A stretch of DNA of 64,000 bases, from positions 88,016 through 152,015 of the forward strand of contig CALSME010000004.1 in NCBI GenBank assembly GCA_943787375.1, given 5' to 3'. Of this stretch, positions 17,758-28,880 are shown one piece after another; within the stretch, counting starts at the first letter, position 1, and every line of letters begins with the position of its first letter. The translations under genes and the position numbers were made by a program. The notes under the pieces were generated by a model. That model saw only the letters and a program-made list of their open reading frames with translations, did no database searches and was not told the origin of the DNA. The stretch is from an uncultured Polaribacter sp. (GTDB lineage Bacteria; Bacteroidota; Bacteroidia; Flavobacteriales; Flavobacteriaceae).

Positions 17758-20103
17758 ATGAAAAGGAAATCAATATTAATAATAGCAATTCTTATTTCTT
17801 TAAAATCAATTGGACAAACAAGTACAATTAGAGGTGTTGTTCTAGACAAACATAGTGGGCTGCCTATTCCATCTGTAAATATTCAGTTAATTGAAGACAA
17901 AAACAAAGGTACAATTACAGATGCATCAGGTAAATTTGTCTTAAAAAAGATACCCACAGGTAGGGTTTCTTTACTTTTTTCTAGCTTAGGCAGAAAAAAT
18001 GAAGTTTTTAAAAATTTAGAACTTTTTAGTTCTAAGGAACTGGTTTTAGAAGTACTTCTGGAAGATGAATGGATAGATTTAGATGAGGTTATTATTGATA
18101 CTAGAAAAAAAGTAAAGATCAAAAACAAACATGCATTAATTTCTTTAAGAAATATTTCTGTAGAGCAAATAAATCAGTTTGCAGGAAGTTTAAATGATAT
18201 TTCTAGAATGGTAATGAACTATGGAGGAATGAGAGAGGTTGATGATGCAAAAAATGATATTGTAATAAGAGGAAATTCATCGAATGGTCTTTTATGGCGT
18301 TTGAATGATATTGATATTCCGAACCCAAATCATTTTGGTTCTGTAGGCGCAACTGGAGGACCTGTAAGTATGCTAAACACAAATACTTTATCAAACTCAG
18401 ACTTTTTTATCTCTGCATTTCCTTCGGAATACGGGAATGCGATTTCTGGTGTTTTTGATTTAAAAATGAGAAAGGGAAATTTATATAAAAAAGAATTTAC
18501 GGGACAAATTGCATTTAATGGGTTGGAATTTTTAACGGAAGGACCAATAAATGATGGAAAATCATCTTATTTAGCTAGCTATAGGTACTCTTTTTTAGAT
18601 TTTATTTCAAATTTGGGTGTTGACTTTGGAACTGGTACAGCCATTCCAAAATATCAGGATGCTTCTTTTAACACCTATTTTGAAATAGGTAAAAAAGGAC
18701 AATTAACTTTTTTTGGATTGGCGGGTCTTAGCAACATTCATTTTACAAAAGATTCCGAAAATTTATATACAGAAGATGAAACTTTTAGTAAATCAAAAAT
18801 GCTGGTTTTAGGAACCCAATATAGACATCAGTGGAGTGACAAAACCTTTTCTAAAACTACTTTTTCATTTTCAGCAAATCAGTCTGAGGACGAACTTATA
18901 GATTCAGAAACTCCTAATAAAAGAACTTATTTAGGTATTTTTTCTAAAAACAACTTTCAGTTATCATCTTATATAAAAACAAAATTAAATAACAAAGAAA
19001 ATATAAAATCCGGGATTAGAGTACAGAAATTAGGAATTGATTTTAAAGAAGATGTTGAAATAACAAATGCCCTACAAAGAATTTCTAATTTAGAAGAAAA
19101 CTACTATTCTTTTCAAGGTTATGTTTCTTATTATAAAAAAATCACTAAAAAAACAACTACAGTTGTAGGTTTCTCCTCTCAATATTTTAATGCAAATCAA
19201 AAAATCACATTAGAACCGAGGGCTTCATTGTCATATAAATTAAATAATAGTAGTACCTTTAATGCAGGCTATGGATTTCATTCTAGACTACCAAATTTAT
19301 ATCACATTTCTTTGTCTGATGAACTAACAAATTCTACTCCAAATAAAAAATTAGACTATATAAAATCGCATCATTTTGTTTTAGGGTACAACTTACTCTT
19401 AAACAAAGGATTGCAGTTTAAAGCAGAAGCCTATTATCAAAAAATTACCAATGCAACAATTGCAGCAAATTCTAATATGCATAGGAATCCTGACTATGCA
19501 AATGTTTACTCTTCATTAAATACAAATTCATTCTCTATTAGATCGAATACAAATAGAGTGCCTATCTTTTTATCAGATGGTGGTAAAGGAGAAAATTATG
19601 GACTAGAATTCACTTTAGAAAAACCATTAAGTAATGGACTTTATTTTTTAACCACACTTTCTTTGTTTGAATCTAACTATGTCGCAAAAGACAAAAAAAA
19701 GAGAAATACTGTTTTTAACGGTAATATAGTATCAAATGCTTTACTAGGTAAAGAATGGAAACTAACAAAAAAACTTAGAGTCAATGCAAATATTAAAGCG
19801 GTCTTTGCTGGAGGATTAAGAACCATTCCAATAGATCTAGAAGAAAGTATTGTGAATGATGGTGAAATATATGATTACTCCAAAACATACCAATCAAAAC
19901 AACCTGATTATGTGAGAGCAGACATTAGTCTTGGTTTAAAACTAGAACAAAAATCTGTATCACAAGAATGGAAAGTAGCACTCAAAAACGTTACCAATCG
20001 AAAAAATATTTTCAAAACAAAATACAATTCAACATCACAAAAAATTGAAAATCAATACCAAGCAAGCTTATTTCCTGTTGTATTCTATAGAATATTTTTT
20101 TAA
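17758..20103 (+). CDS. TonB-dependent receptor with N-terminal carboxypeptidase-regulatory-like domain
   Basis: TIRGVVLDK...GTITDASGKF; NDIVIRGNS plug; FPSEYGNAISGVFD; C-terminal YRIFF. Confidence 0.9.
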   Translation: MKRKSILIIAILISLKSIGQTSTIRGVVLDKHSGLPIPSVNIQLIEDKNKGTITDASGKFVLKKIPTGRVSLLFSSLGRKNEVFKNLELFSSKELVLEVLLEDEWIDLDEVIIDTRKKVKIKNKHALISLRNISVEQINQFAGSLNDISRMVMNYGGMREVDDAKNDIVIRGNSSNGLLWRLNDIDIPNPNHFGSVGATGGPVSMLNTNTLSNSDFFISAFPSEYGNAISGVFDLKMRKGNLYKKEFTGQIAFNGLEFLTEGPINDGKSSYLASYRYSFLDFISNLGVDFGTGTAIPKYQDASFNTYFEIGKKGQLTFFGLAGLSNIHFTKDSENLYTEDETFSKSKMLVLGTQYRHQWSDKTFSKTTFSFSANQSEDELIDSETPNKRTYLGIFSKNNFQLSSYIKTKLNNKENIKSGIRVQKLGIDFKEDVEITNALQRISNLEENYYSFQGYVSYYKKITKKTTTVVGFSSQYFNANQKITLEPRASLSYKLNNSSTFNAGYGFHSRLPNLYHISLSDELTNSTPNKKLDYIKSHHFVLGYNLLLNKGLQFKAEAYYQKITNATIAANSNMHRNPDYANVYSSLNTNSFSIRSNTNRVPIFLSDGGKGENYGLEFTLEKPLSNGLYFLTTLSLFESNYVAKDKKKRNTVFNGNIVSNALLGKEWKLTKKLRVNANIKAVFAGGLRTIPIDLEESIVNDGEIYDYSKTYQSKQPDYVRADISLGLKLEQKSVSQEWKVALKNVTNRKNIFKTKYNSTSQKIENQYQASLFPVVFYRIFF

Positions 20104-20128
20104 AAAACCAAAAGACGACTGTTCTTAA

Positions 20129-22621
20129 TTACATCTGATTCCCAAAGAAAATCGCATTCATTAAAAGTTTGTTAGTACCATACCAAAAAGCTCTAAAGTT
20201 GGTATTATCTGTAAAGACTATAACGCGCCCATTTCCCATTCTTTGTACTTGAAAGGGCACTGAATTTTTCAAGACAGCAAGGTTTGGAGCTGAAACATAA
20301 CCACTTAAAAGGGGGGATTCTGAATACTGAATCGGATTGTTATAACTTCTTTTATTGGGTTTTATAAAAATAGTCGTATTTCTAAACAGGGCCAATTTGT
20401 CATTTTTATAACCAAAATTAATAGGATGAGAACGATCTAATGTTGCCTCAAATATAGCGCCTCCAATAACCTGTGCTCCAGAGTTCAATGATTTTTCTTC
20501 GAAAGAAACCCCTTTAGTCATCTCTCTTTTTACGGTATCAAATGTTAAGCTGATAAATTTATTTTTAGCCAACATTTTAACGGCACTTCGATAGCCAATT
20601 AATGTCCCTCCATTTTTTACCCATGTCTTTAGTTTGTCTTGAGAAGCTTTGTCTAAAGAAGAAAGGCTCGGAATGATGATGGTGGTATATTTTTGGATGT
20701 CTGTTCGTGAAAAATAACTTAGATCTAACTTGGTCAGCAACATATCAAAACGTTGATCTAACAAGTGCCAAACTTCGCCAGCATCATTTCCAAAAACACG
20801 CCCTCCAACCAACATGGCTACTTTTTGTTTTTTTATCGCTCGGAAATTATTACTTCCCAAATCAATTCCGTCATTCAACCCAGTTGTAACTCCTTTCATA
20901 TTTAAATGGTTATCTTGAGCCACTTCTTCTAAAAAGGCAAACAAATCGGTATCTGTTAGTAGCTGATTTTGCGAGGGAATAAAAATAGTTCCGTAGTCAT
21001 AATCGATTCCGTCATTTTTAAAATTCTTCATAGAAACCTTAGCGCGAATTCCCTTTTGAAGGATTGTATTCAATGCCTTGGGTGCATAATATTCATTCCA
21101 TGGCATTAAATAACCAACAGAACTCAATAAACGATTGCCACCCTTTTTCATTGCTAAATTGACAATTTCATTCCCTGCATTTGATAACGAAATATTGTTT
21201 GCAAAATCGACACCAAAAGAGTGATTAAAAGTCCATGCAGAAACATCATAAAACAAGCTGTCTTTAAATTGAGTTCGAACATCAAACATTGCTTTTACCA
21301 AACATTGGTTCTTCTGATTCATTGGAACCAGATAACTATATCCTTTTTTAAAGGTTTTTCCATTTTTCGTAAAATCCGCTTTTACTTCGTGAATTTTTAT
21401 TTGATGTCTTTTTAAAACCTCTGCCAAATGATAACTTTTTGCAGCATCTTTTTCATCTCCAAAAACAAAGGCTTTCTTCTCCCCTGTTCTTCTTGCTTCT
21501 TTATAAAAATCTTGTTGATATTCTAAGATTTTTACGCGCATTTTATTGGCGGCTTCTAAAGTGGACAAAGCTGCGGTAAATTGATTTCTAATCGTAAAAG
21601 GAAAAGTCAATACACCATTTACTGTTTCTTGTGCATGCCCTCTAGAACTTGCTTGTTCAAACAGAATTCCAATACTTCCATTGATATCTGGAAACGTGGA
21701 GCCTTTTCCGTAATAAAAATCATCAAAACTTTCTTCAGAATAATAGGTAGATCCTAATTTGTCAAATGCTTTTGCGTGATAAGTCCCTATTTCCTTAGTG
21801 AGTTCCTGATTTAATTTTGGCGTCAAAGGGTGGGTTCTACTCTGTATTCCTGGTTGAAAAAAGAAGGTCGAATTACTGCCCATTTCATGATGATCTGTTA
21901 AAATATTTGGCAACCACTCATGAAAACTCGCAATTCTTGCGCGACTTTCTGGCAATTGCACTGGCAACCAATCTCGGTTCATATCAAACCAATAATGATT
22001 GGTTCTTCCACGTGGCCATATCTCATTATATTCCCGATCATTGGGGTCTGGATTGATATTTTTACTCTTATTAGTATTCGCCCAATAAGCAAAACGCTGC
22101 AATCCATCTGGGTTGTAGGAAGGGTCAAAAAGAATCACGGTATTGTCTAAGAGATTGTCTATATCATTTGCAGCAGCTAAATAATACGCTACTGCCAAAG
22201 CCGCATTAGAACCGCTAGGTTCATTCCCATGTATCGAAAAACCTTGGTATACGACTATGGGGTCTTTAGAAACATCTTTAGCACTATTATCGGTTCCATA
22301 AATATGATTTTCTTTAATCCTAGTAATGTTTTTATGATTTTCAGGGGATGTAATGGTCAATAAAAGTAAAGGTCTTCCTTCAAAAGTAGTGCCTCTGTTT
22401 TCAAGAGAGATCCGGTCAGATGCTTTTGCCAAGGCCTTCATGTATTCGACCAATTTATCGTGGGTAACGTGCCACTCACCTACCTCATGACCAATGACGC
22501 TTTTAGGCGTTGGAATGTTTTGATTGTAGGTTGCCTCTTTGGGTAGATAGTACGATAAATCTACTTCTTGTGATGAAATAGTAAAAGAAATGCAGAAGAA
22601 AAATAAAAATAAGTTTTTCAT
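20129..22621 (-). CDS. Secreted M14-family zinc carboxypeptidase
   Basis: SIHGNEPSG, NPDG, DMNRDW, DHHEMG; signal-peptide start MKNLFLFFF at 22621. Confidence 0.9.
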   Translation of the reverse strand: MKNLFLFFFCISFTISSQEVDLSYYLPKEATYNQNIPTPKSVIGHEVGEWHVTHDKLVEYMKALAKASDRISLENRGTTFEGRPLLLLTITSPENHKNITRIKENHIYGTDNSAKDVSKDPIVVYQGFSIHGNEPSGSNAALAVAYYLAAANDIDNLLDNTVILFDPSYNPDGLQRFAYWANTNKSKNINPDPNDREYNEIWPRGRTNHYWFDMNRDWLPVQLPESRARIASFHEWLPNILTDHHEMGSNSTFFFQPGIQSRTHPLTPKLNQELTKEIGTYHAKAFDKLGSTYYSEESFDDFYYGKGSTFPDINGSIGILFEQASSRGHAQETVNGVLTFPFTIRNQFTAALSTLEAANKMRVKILEYQQDFYKEARRTGEKKAFVFGDEKDAAKSYHLAEVLKRHQIKIHEVKADFTKNGKTFKKGYSYLVPMNQKNQCLVKAMFDVRTQFKDSLFYDVSAWTFNHSFGVDFANNISLSNAGNEIVNLAMKKGGNRLLSSVGYLMPWNEYYAPKALNTILQKGIRAKVSMKNFKNDGIDYDYGTIFIPSQNQLLTDTDLFAFLEEVAQDNHLNMKGVTTGLNDGIDLGSNNFRAIKKQKVAMLVGGRVFGNDAGEVWHLLDQRFDMLLTKLDLSYFSRTDIQKYTTIIIPSLSSLDKASQDKLKTWVKNGGTLIGYRSAVKMLAKNKFISLTFDTVKREMTKGVSFEEKSLNSGAQVIGGAIFEATLDRSHPINFGYKNDKLALFRNTTIFIKPNKRSYNNPIQYSESPLLSGYVSAPNLAVLKNSVPFQVQRMGNGRVIVFTDNTNFRAFWYGTNKLLMNAIFFGNQM

Positions 22622-22861
22622 TTGAATACATATTTGAATGTGAAACAAATATAGGGATTCGAAAATATCTCTCTAACAGAACTTCAGTCGATTTGTAAAG
22701 CATCCATTAAAAAATATTTTGAGCAAAAAAAATCTTAATTTCTTAGAAATACACTTTGGAAAACGTCAAATTAATAAAAATGTTGAAACTAATTGGGAAT
22801 CTTCTTATTATGATTTTTTTTATTCAGATATTTGTAAAAGACGAATATTTTAGGACTATCT

Positions 22862-25759
22862 ATGATTCCAAATGCAACTTTAGAGAAATTACACCAATCA
22901 CTTTCTGGTACCGTTTTATTTGACGACTTACATAAAACCATCTATGCGACAGATGCTTCTGTGTATCGAAAAATTCCAATGGCAGTTGCCTTTCCAAAAG
23001 ATGAAAAAGACCTAAAAACACTCATCGATTTTGCAACCGAGTATCAAATTACATTGATCCCTAGAACCGCAGGAACCTCTTTAGCAGGACAGTGTGTTGG
23101 AGATGGAATTGTAGTAGATGTTGCAAAACACTTTACGTCCATTTTAGAATTTGATGAATTGGCAAAAACAATTACGGTACAACCCGGAATTGTAAGAGAT
23201 GAACTCAATGTTTTCTTAAAACCCTTCGGATTGTTTTTTGGTCCAAACACCTCAACATCTAACCGTTGTATGATTGGTGGAATGGTAGGAAACAATTCTT
23301 CAGGAAGTACCTCTATAAAGTATGGCGTAACTCGGGATAAAGTGTTGCAGATTGACACCATTTTAAGTGATGGAACTACAGCAATATTTAATGAAATTTC
23401 CTCGGCAGATTTCAACCAAAAAAAACGAGAAACCACATTAGAGGGAAGTATTTATCGATCAATTTTTACGGAGCTTTCTTCGGAAGAAAACCAACAAGAA
23501 ATTAAAGCACAGTTTCCTAAAGAAACTATTCACCGAAGAAATACTGGATATGCAGTTGACGAATTTTTAACTTCTGATTTATTTGGTGGAAAAGACCCTA
23601 CTATAAATGTTGCGAAATTTTTATCTGGAAGTGAAGGCACCTTGGCTTTTTCTACTGCAATTACCCTACAATTAGATGTCTTGCCTCCTACCGAAAGCAT
23701 TATGGTAACGGCTCATTTTACAAGTATCAATGAAAGTTTAATTGCTACCGTGACAGCCATGAACCACAATTTATACAATTGTGAATTAATGGACAAAACT
23801 ATTTTAGATTGTACAAAGAGTAACCGAGAACAAGTTAAAAACAGGTTTTTCTTACAAGGAGATCCTGAAGCTGTATTAATGTTGGAAGTTGCTGCAAATA
23901 CGCTTGAAGAAACAGAAGTATTGGCAGACAACTTAATTGCCGATTTGAAAGAAAACAACTTTGGATACCATCATCCTAAGGTGTATGGAAAAGACATTGC
24001 CAAAGTACACCATTTAAGAAAAGCAGGTTTGGGCTTACTAGGGAATATGGTAGGAGACAAAAAAGCAGTGGCCTGTATTGAAGATACAGCAGTGGCATTG
24101 GAAGACTTGCCAACCTATATTGAAGAGTTTACGCAAATAATGGACAAATACCAGCAAGAAGCGGTGTATTATGCACATGCTGGCGCTGGAGAATTGCATT
24201 TGCGTCCGATTTTAAATTTAAAGAAGAAAGAAGATGTTGTTTTATTTCGAAAAATAACAACTGAAACTGCAGAATTAGTAAAAAAATATAAGGGTTCTTT
24301 TAGTGGTGAACATGGTGACGGAATTGTTCGTGCCGAATTTATTCCACTCATGATTGGTGAACAAAATTACCAATTGTTAAGACGCATCAAAAAAGCTTTT
24401 GACCCCAATAATATTTTCAATAAAGGAAAAATTACCGATGCCTTTTCTATGGACGAAAGTCTGCGTTATGAAATTGACAGGATTGAACCCAAAATTGAAA
24501 CCATTCAAGATTTTTCTGATAGTGAAGGGATTCTAAAACTCGCTGAAAAATGTAACGGTTCTGGAGACTGTAGAAAACCTGCTTCTGCTGGTGGTACCAT
24601 GTGCCCTAGTTACAGAGCTACTAAAAACGAGAAAGACACCACTCGTGCTAGGGCAAATATGTTGCGTGAGGTATTGACAAACAACGAAGCAAAAAACAAA
24701 TTTGATTCCGCTGAATTGAAAGAAGTGTTTGACCTTTGTTTGAGCTGTAAAGCATGTGCTTCTGAATGTCCAAGTAATGTAGACATTGCAACTTTAAAAG
24801 CAGAATTCTTATACCAGTACCAAGAAACAAATGGGTATTCTTTTAGGAGTAAGTTATTTGCAAATAATGTAAAGTACAATAAATTAGGGAGCATTGCCCC
24901 TGCACTTACCAATGCGATTTTAAATACCCCTTTTGCAAAAGCTGCCATGGGCGTTGCGCAGCAACGAAGTGTTCCGAAATTAGCTCCAAAAACTTTGAAA
25001 AAGTGGGTAAAAAAACAACCCAAAACTTCACATGCAAAAACGGTCTATTTCTTTTGTGATGAGTTTACTAATTTTTATGATGTCACAATTGGAAAAGATG
25101 CCTTTTACCTATTTGATAAATTAGGCTATAATTTAAAATTGATCGCTCATGAAGAATCTGGAAGAAGTTTTATTTCTAAAGGATTTTTAAAACAAGCCAA
25201 AGCAATTTGTAATTTGAATGTTGCAATTTTTAAAGACCTTATCACCGAAGAAACGCCTTTAATCGGAATTGAACCTTCGGCTATTTTAACCTTTAGAGAC
25301 GAGTACATCCGTTTGGCAGATGATACCGCTTCAGCAGAAAGGATTGCTAAAAATGCATTTACTTTTGAAGAGTTTTTAGCAAAAGAGTTTGAAAAGGGCG
25401 CATTCAATGCGAACTTATTTACCTCAACAACGAAGACCTTAAAAATCCATGGGCATTGTCATCAAAAGGCATTGTCTGGAACACATTCAAGTTTTCAAAT
25501 ATTAAATATTCCAAAAAATTATGGCGTCACCATTATGAATACAGGTTGTTGCGGAATGGCAGGGTCTTTTGGGTACGAAAAAGAGCATTATGCAATTTCA
25601 ATGCAAGTAGGTGAAGATACCTTGTTTCCAAAAATAAGAAACACGTCCTTAGAGACAGAAATTGTTGCGGCTGGAACAAGTTGTAGACATCAAATTTATG
25701 ATGGAACAGAGCGACTTGCTAAACACCCAATAACCATTTTAAAAGAAGCATTAAAATAA
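22862..25759 (+). CDS. FAD-linked oxidase / Fe-S protein fusion (GlcD/GlcF- or YdiJ-like 2-hydroxyacid dehydrogenase)
   Basis: PRTAGTSLAGQ, GSEGTL, SGEHGDG, CLSCKACASECP, CCGMAGSFG. Confidence 0.9.
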   Translation: MIPNATLEKLHQSLSGTVLFDDLHKTIYATDASVYRKIPMAVAFPKDEKDLKTLIDFATEYQITLIPRTAGTSLAGQCVGDGIVVDVAKHFTSILEFDELAKTITVQPGIVRDELNVFLKPFGLFFGPNTSTSNRCMIGGMVGNNSSGSTSIKYGVTRDKVLQIDTILSDGTTAIFNEISSADFNQKKRETTLEGSIYRSIFTELSSEENQQEIKAQFPKETIHRRNTGYAVDEFLTSDLFGGKDPTINVAKFLSGSEGTLAFSTAITLQLDVLPPTESIMVTAHFTSINESLIATVTAMNHNLYNCELMDKTILDCTKSNREQVKNRFFLQGDPEAVLMLEVAANTLEETEVLADNLIADLKENNFGYHHPKVYGKDIAKVHHLRKAGLGLLGNMVGDKKAVACIEDTAVALEDLPTYIEEFTQIMDKYQQEAVYYAHAGAGELHLRPILNLKKKEDVVLFRKITTETAELVKKYKGSFSGEHGDGIVRAEFIPLMIGEQNYQLLRRIKKAFDPNNIFNKGKITDAFSMDESLRYEIDRIEPKIETIQDFSDSEGILKLAEKCNGSGDCRKPASAGGTMCPSYRATKNEKDTTRARANMLREVLTNNEAKNKFDSAELKEVFDLCLSCKACASECPSNVDIATLKAEFLYQYQETNGYSFRSKLFANNVKYNKLGSIAPALTNAILNTPFAKAAMGVAQQRSVPKLAPKTLKKWVKKQPKTSHAKTVYFFCDEFTNFYDVTIGKDAFYLFDKLGYNLKLIAHEESGRSFISKGFLKQAKAICNLNVAIFKDLITEETPLIGIEPSAILTFRDEYIRLADDTASAERIAKNAFTFEEFLAKEFEKGAFNANLFTSTTKTLKIHGHCHQKALSGTHSSFQILNIPKNYGVTIMNTGCCGMAGSFGYEKEHYAISMQVGEDTLFPKIRNTSLETEIVAAGTSCRHQIYDGTERLAKHPITILKEALK

Positions 25760-25774
25760 GAATTATAACACATA

Positions 25775-25806
25775 AAAAAAAGCGAAGTTTATACTTCGCT
25801 TTTTTT
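25775..25806. terminator. Bidirectional intrinsic terminator
   Basis: AAAAAAAGCGAAGT-ttat-ACTTCGCTTTTTTT. Confidence 0.85.
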
Positions 25807-25824
25807 GTTCTTTATAGTGATGTT

Positions 25825-26778
25825 TTAGTCTTTATAAACACCCATTGCTGAGTATTTATCCATTCTTTTCGCAACTAAATCTTCTTTTGTCAAGTCTTTT
25901 AATTCGTCAAAAGCCTTTGTAATTTGTTCTTCTACTGCTAAAAAAGCACTTTCTCTATCGTAGTGAGCACCTCCCAAAGGTTCTTTGATAATCCCATCAA
26001 TTAGCTTCAACTTTTTCATATCGGTTCCCGTCAATTTAAGTGCTTCTGCTGCCTGTTCTTTATACTCCCAACTTCTCCATAATATCGAAGAACAAGATTC
26101 GGGTGAAATTACGGTATACCAAGTGTTTTCCATCATGTATACTTTGTCTCCAACACCAATTCCTAAAGCACCACCTGAAGCTCCTTCACCAATAACAATG
26201 GTAATAATAGGCGTCTTTAAACGAGTCATTTCTAAGATGTTTCTGGCAATTGCCTCTCCTTGTCCGCGTTCTTCTGCTTCTAGTCCTGGGTATGCTCCAG
26301 GAGTATCTAATAAAGTAACAACAGGAATGTTAAATTTCTCTGCCATTTTCATAAGACGCAACGCTTTTCGGTACCCTTCAGGATTTGCCATTCCAAAATT
26401 ACGATACTGACGTGTTTTTGTATTGTATCCTTTTTGTTGGCCAATAAACATGTACGATTGGTTACCAATTTTACCCAAACCACCAATCATTGCTTTGTCG
26501 TCCTTTACATTTCTGTCTCCATGAAGCTCCATAAACGTATCTCCACACAAGGCTTTGATATAATCTAAGGTATAGGGTCTGTTTGGGTGACGAGACAATT
26601 GAACACGTTGCCAAGGAGTTAAGTTTTTGTAGATATCTTTCTTTGCTTTTACAAGCTTTTGTTCTATTTTCTTACACGTTGCAGTAACATCAACCTCGTT
26701 ATCTGCACCAATTTCATGACATTTAATGAGCTGTTGTTCTAACTCTTTAATTGGCATTTCAAAATCTAAATATTCCAT
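25825..26778 (-). CDS. accA: Acetyl-CoA carboxylase carboxyltransferase alpha subunit
   Basis: [42 protein letters not shown]. Confidence 0.97.
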   Translation of the reverse strand: MEYLDFEMPIKELEQQLIKCHEIGADNEVDVTATCKKIEQKLVKAKKDIYKNLTPWQRVQLSRHPNRPYTLDYIKALCGDTFMELHGDRNVKDDKAMIGGLGKIGNQSYMFIGQQKGYNTKTRQYRNFGMANPEGYRKALRLMKMAEKFNIPVVTLLDTPGAYPGLEAEERGQGEAIARNILEMTRLKTPIITIVIGEGASGGALGIGVGDKVYMMENTWYTVISPESCSSILWRSWEYKEQAAEALKLTGTDMKKLKLIDGIIKEPLGGAHYDRESAFLAVEEQITKAFDELKDLTKEDLVAKRMDKYSAMGVYKD

Positions 26779-26853
26779 TTAGTAATTCTTTGATTTGAGT
26801 TTGTTCGTAAAGGCAAACATACTATAAAATTTACTTTTTAATGTAAATTAGGA

Positions 26854-27774
26854 TTAATTTTTGTGAATAGTTTTACGAGAAAACTTCTTTTTTAAGATTG
26901 TTTTGTTCTTTAGGAATCCATTTAATAACACTACGAAAAAAACCACAAAGGCCCCATAATAAAATTCGGGATTCATTTTTTCTTTTTCACCAAAAATGAA
27001 TAAGGCCAATAGAATCGCATAAATAGGCTCTAAATTAATAGTTAACATGACCGTATATGGCGAAATGTATTTCATTACTTCAACGGAAGCGATAAATGCA
27101 TAAGCTGTACAAATACTACTTAAAATAAAAAGATAGACCCAATCCAATTGTGGCAATTGAAAAAAGGCGGCATTGAAACTACCGAAATAGAAAAGGTAAA
27201 TTGTAACAAAAAGCACTCCAAATAAAAGTTGGTACAACGAAATGACATCTGCTTCATAGTCTTTAATGAACAATCCATTTAAAACGGCAAAAAGAGCTCC
27301 TAAAAAAGAAGCAATAGATGCATAGATAACTCCTGTTTTATATTGTGCTACTTCAAAATTATCAAAAATAATATAGAGACCAAAAACGACCACCAAACCT
27401 AAAATTATTTCAATGGACTTTATCTTTCTTTTAAAGAAAAAAGGCTCAATCAAAGCAGTAAAAAATGCACCTGTACCCATGGTTACAAGTGCGACGGAAA
27501 CATTGGAAATTTTTATGGCCTTAAAAAAGAAAATCCAATGCAAAGCGATAATGATTCCAGTAAACAAAAATTTTAGAATTCCTTTCCGATCGAGTTTAAA
27601 TGATTTTTTTTTCAGCAAAAAATAAATGGCAATGATAAGGACTGCCAATCCCATACGAAACCAAACTAATGGCACTGCATCAATGGTAATTAAAGCGCCT
27701 AAAATTGCGGTAAACCCCCATATAAAAATAATGAAATGAAGGAGCGCATAATTCTTTAATTTATTTTCTTGCAT
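26854..27774 (-). CDS. DMT/EamA-family transporter
   Basis: About 10 TM helices in two EamA repeats; IWGFTAILG and INLEPIY. Confidence 0.88.
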   Translation of the reverse strand: MQENKLKNYALLHFIIFIWGFTAILGALITIDAVPLVWFRMGLAVLIIAIYFLLKKKSFKLDRKGILKFLFTGIIIALHWIFFFKAIKISNVSVALVTMGTGAFFTALIEPFFFKRKIKSIEIILGLVVVFGLYIIFDNFEVAQYKTGVIYASIASFLGALFAVLNGLFIKDYEADVISLYQLLFGVLFVTIYLFYFGSFNAAFFQLPQLDWVYLFILSSICTAYAFIASVEVMKYISPYTVMLTINLEPIYAILLALFIFGEKEKMNPEFYYGAFVVFFVVLLNGFLKNKTILKKKFSRKTIHKN

Positions 27775-28843
27775 TGAGATATAAATAGAGGGCTAAACAG
27801 CCAAAAATGATGTTTGGAATCCAAACATATAAAAGAGAATTCACCCCTGCTACGGCACCTAAAACCTCTGCAATTTTTAACAAAAAGACATACACAAACA
27901 TCACCGAAATACCAATGGCAAGGTTGACACCTGTACCGCCTCTTTTCTTTCTAAAAGCCAACGCTACCGCTATAATTGTTAAAATATAAGACGCTATTGG
28001 CAAACTGGTTCTTTTGTAATACTCAACATAGTAAGCATTTAAATTTTTGATCCCTCTTTTTTTAGACAATGCAATAAAAGCACTCAGTTCATTGGAGGGC
28101 ATTTCTTGTGACAAGGCCGATTTATAAATTAAATCTCTAGGGGTAAACGCAAAAACAGTGTCACGCCTGCGGGCTTGAGAAATACTGTCCTTATTAGGGT
28201 GTAGAATTCGTAACTTCCAATTTAACAGCGTAAAAGTACTGTCGGTTTCTTTCCAGTTGATGTTGTCAGCAACTAACTTTGACTTTAATTTTAAACCATC
28301 ATAGAGTTCTGAAGAAAAATTAAATCCTGAATTGGATTTTGTATCAAAATTTTGAATAAAAATATAGGTACTATCTGTTAGTTGCAAGCTAAAGTTCTTT
28401 ACATATTTTGCTTGGTAATCTTTTTGTTTGAAATACGTGTTTTCAAACTTCTTTCTTTCTTTACTACTGCTTGGTACTACAAAATGATTCATTAACAACG
28501 CCATAATCGTGACCAAAGTTGCACCAATAAAATAAGGATATAAAAATCGTGTGAAAGAAACTTTGGCATTGTTAATGGCAATAATCTCTGTATTGTTTGA
28601 GAGTTTTGAAGTAAATAAAATTACAGCAATAAATAACGCCAAGGGCATAAATGTATTGGCATAATAAATAATGAAATTGCTGTAGTACTCGTCTACAACT
28701 TGATAAAAAGAAAGGTTGTGGTTTATAAATTTATCGATCTTTTCTGATATGTCTATTGCAATTGCAATAGGAATCAAAATTAATAAGGTAAAAAAGAAAG
28801 TTACCAAATAACGTTTTAATATGTACCAATCTAAAATCTTCAA
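27761..28843 (-). CDS. LptF/LptG-family LPS export permease
   Basis: MKILDWYILK, 3 TM plus periplasmic domain plus 3 TM; NTEIIAI; WIPNIIF. Confidence 0.9.
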   Translation of the reverse strand: MKILDWYILKRYLVTFFFTLLILIPIAIAIDISEKIDKFINHNLSFYQVVDEYYSNFIIYYANTFMPLALFIAVILFTSKLSNNTEIIAINNAKVSFTRFLYPYFIGATLVTIMALLMNHFVVPSSSKERKKFENTYFKQKDYQAKYVKNFSLQLTDSTYIFIQNFDTKSNSGFNFSSELYDGLKLKSKLVADNINWKETDSTFTLLNWKLRILHPNKDSISQARRRDTVFAFTPRDLIYKSALSQEMPSNELSAFIALSKKRGIKNLNAYYVEYYKRTSLPIASYILTIIAVALAFRKKRGGTGVNLAIGISVMFVYVFLLKIAEVLGAVAGVNSLLYVWIPNIIFGCLALYLYLNARK

Positions 28844-28880
28844 AAGCGTGCTTTATAGTGTTTCTGTTTTTGTGATTTAC

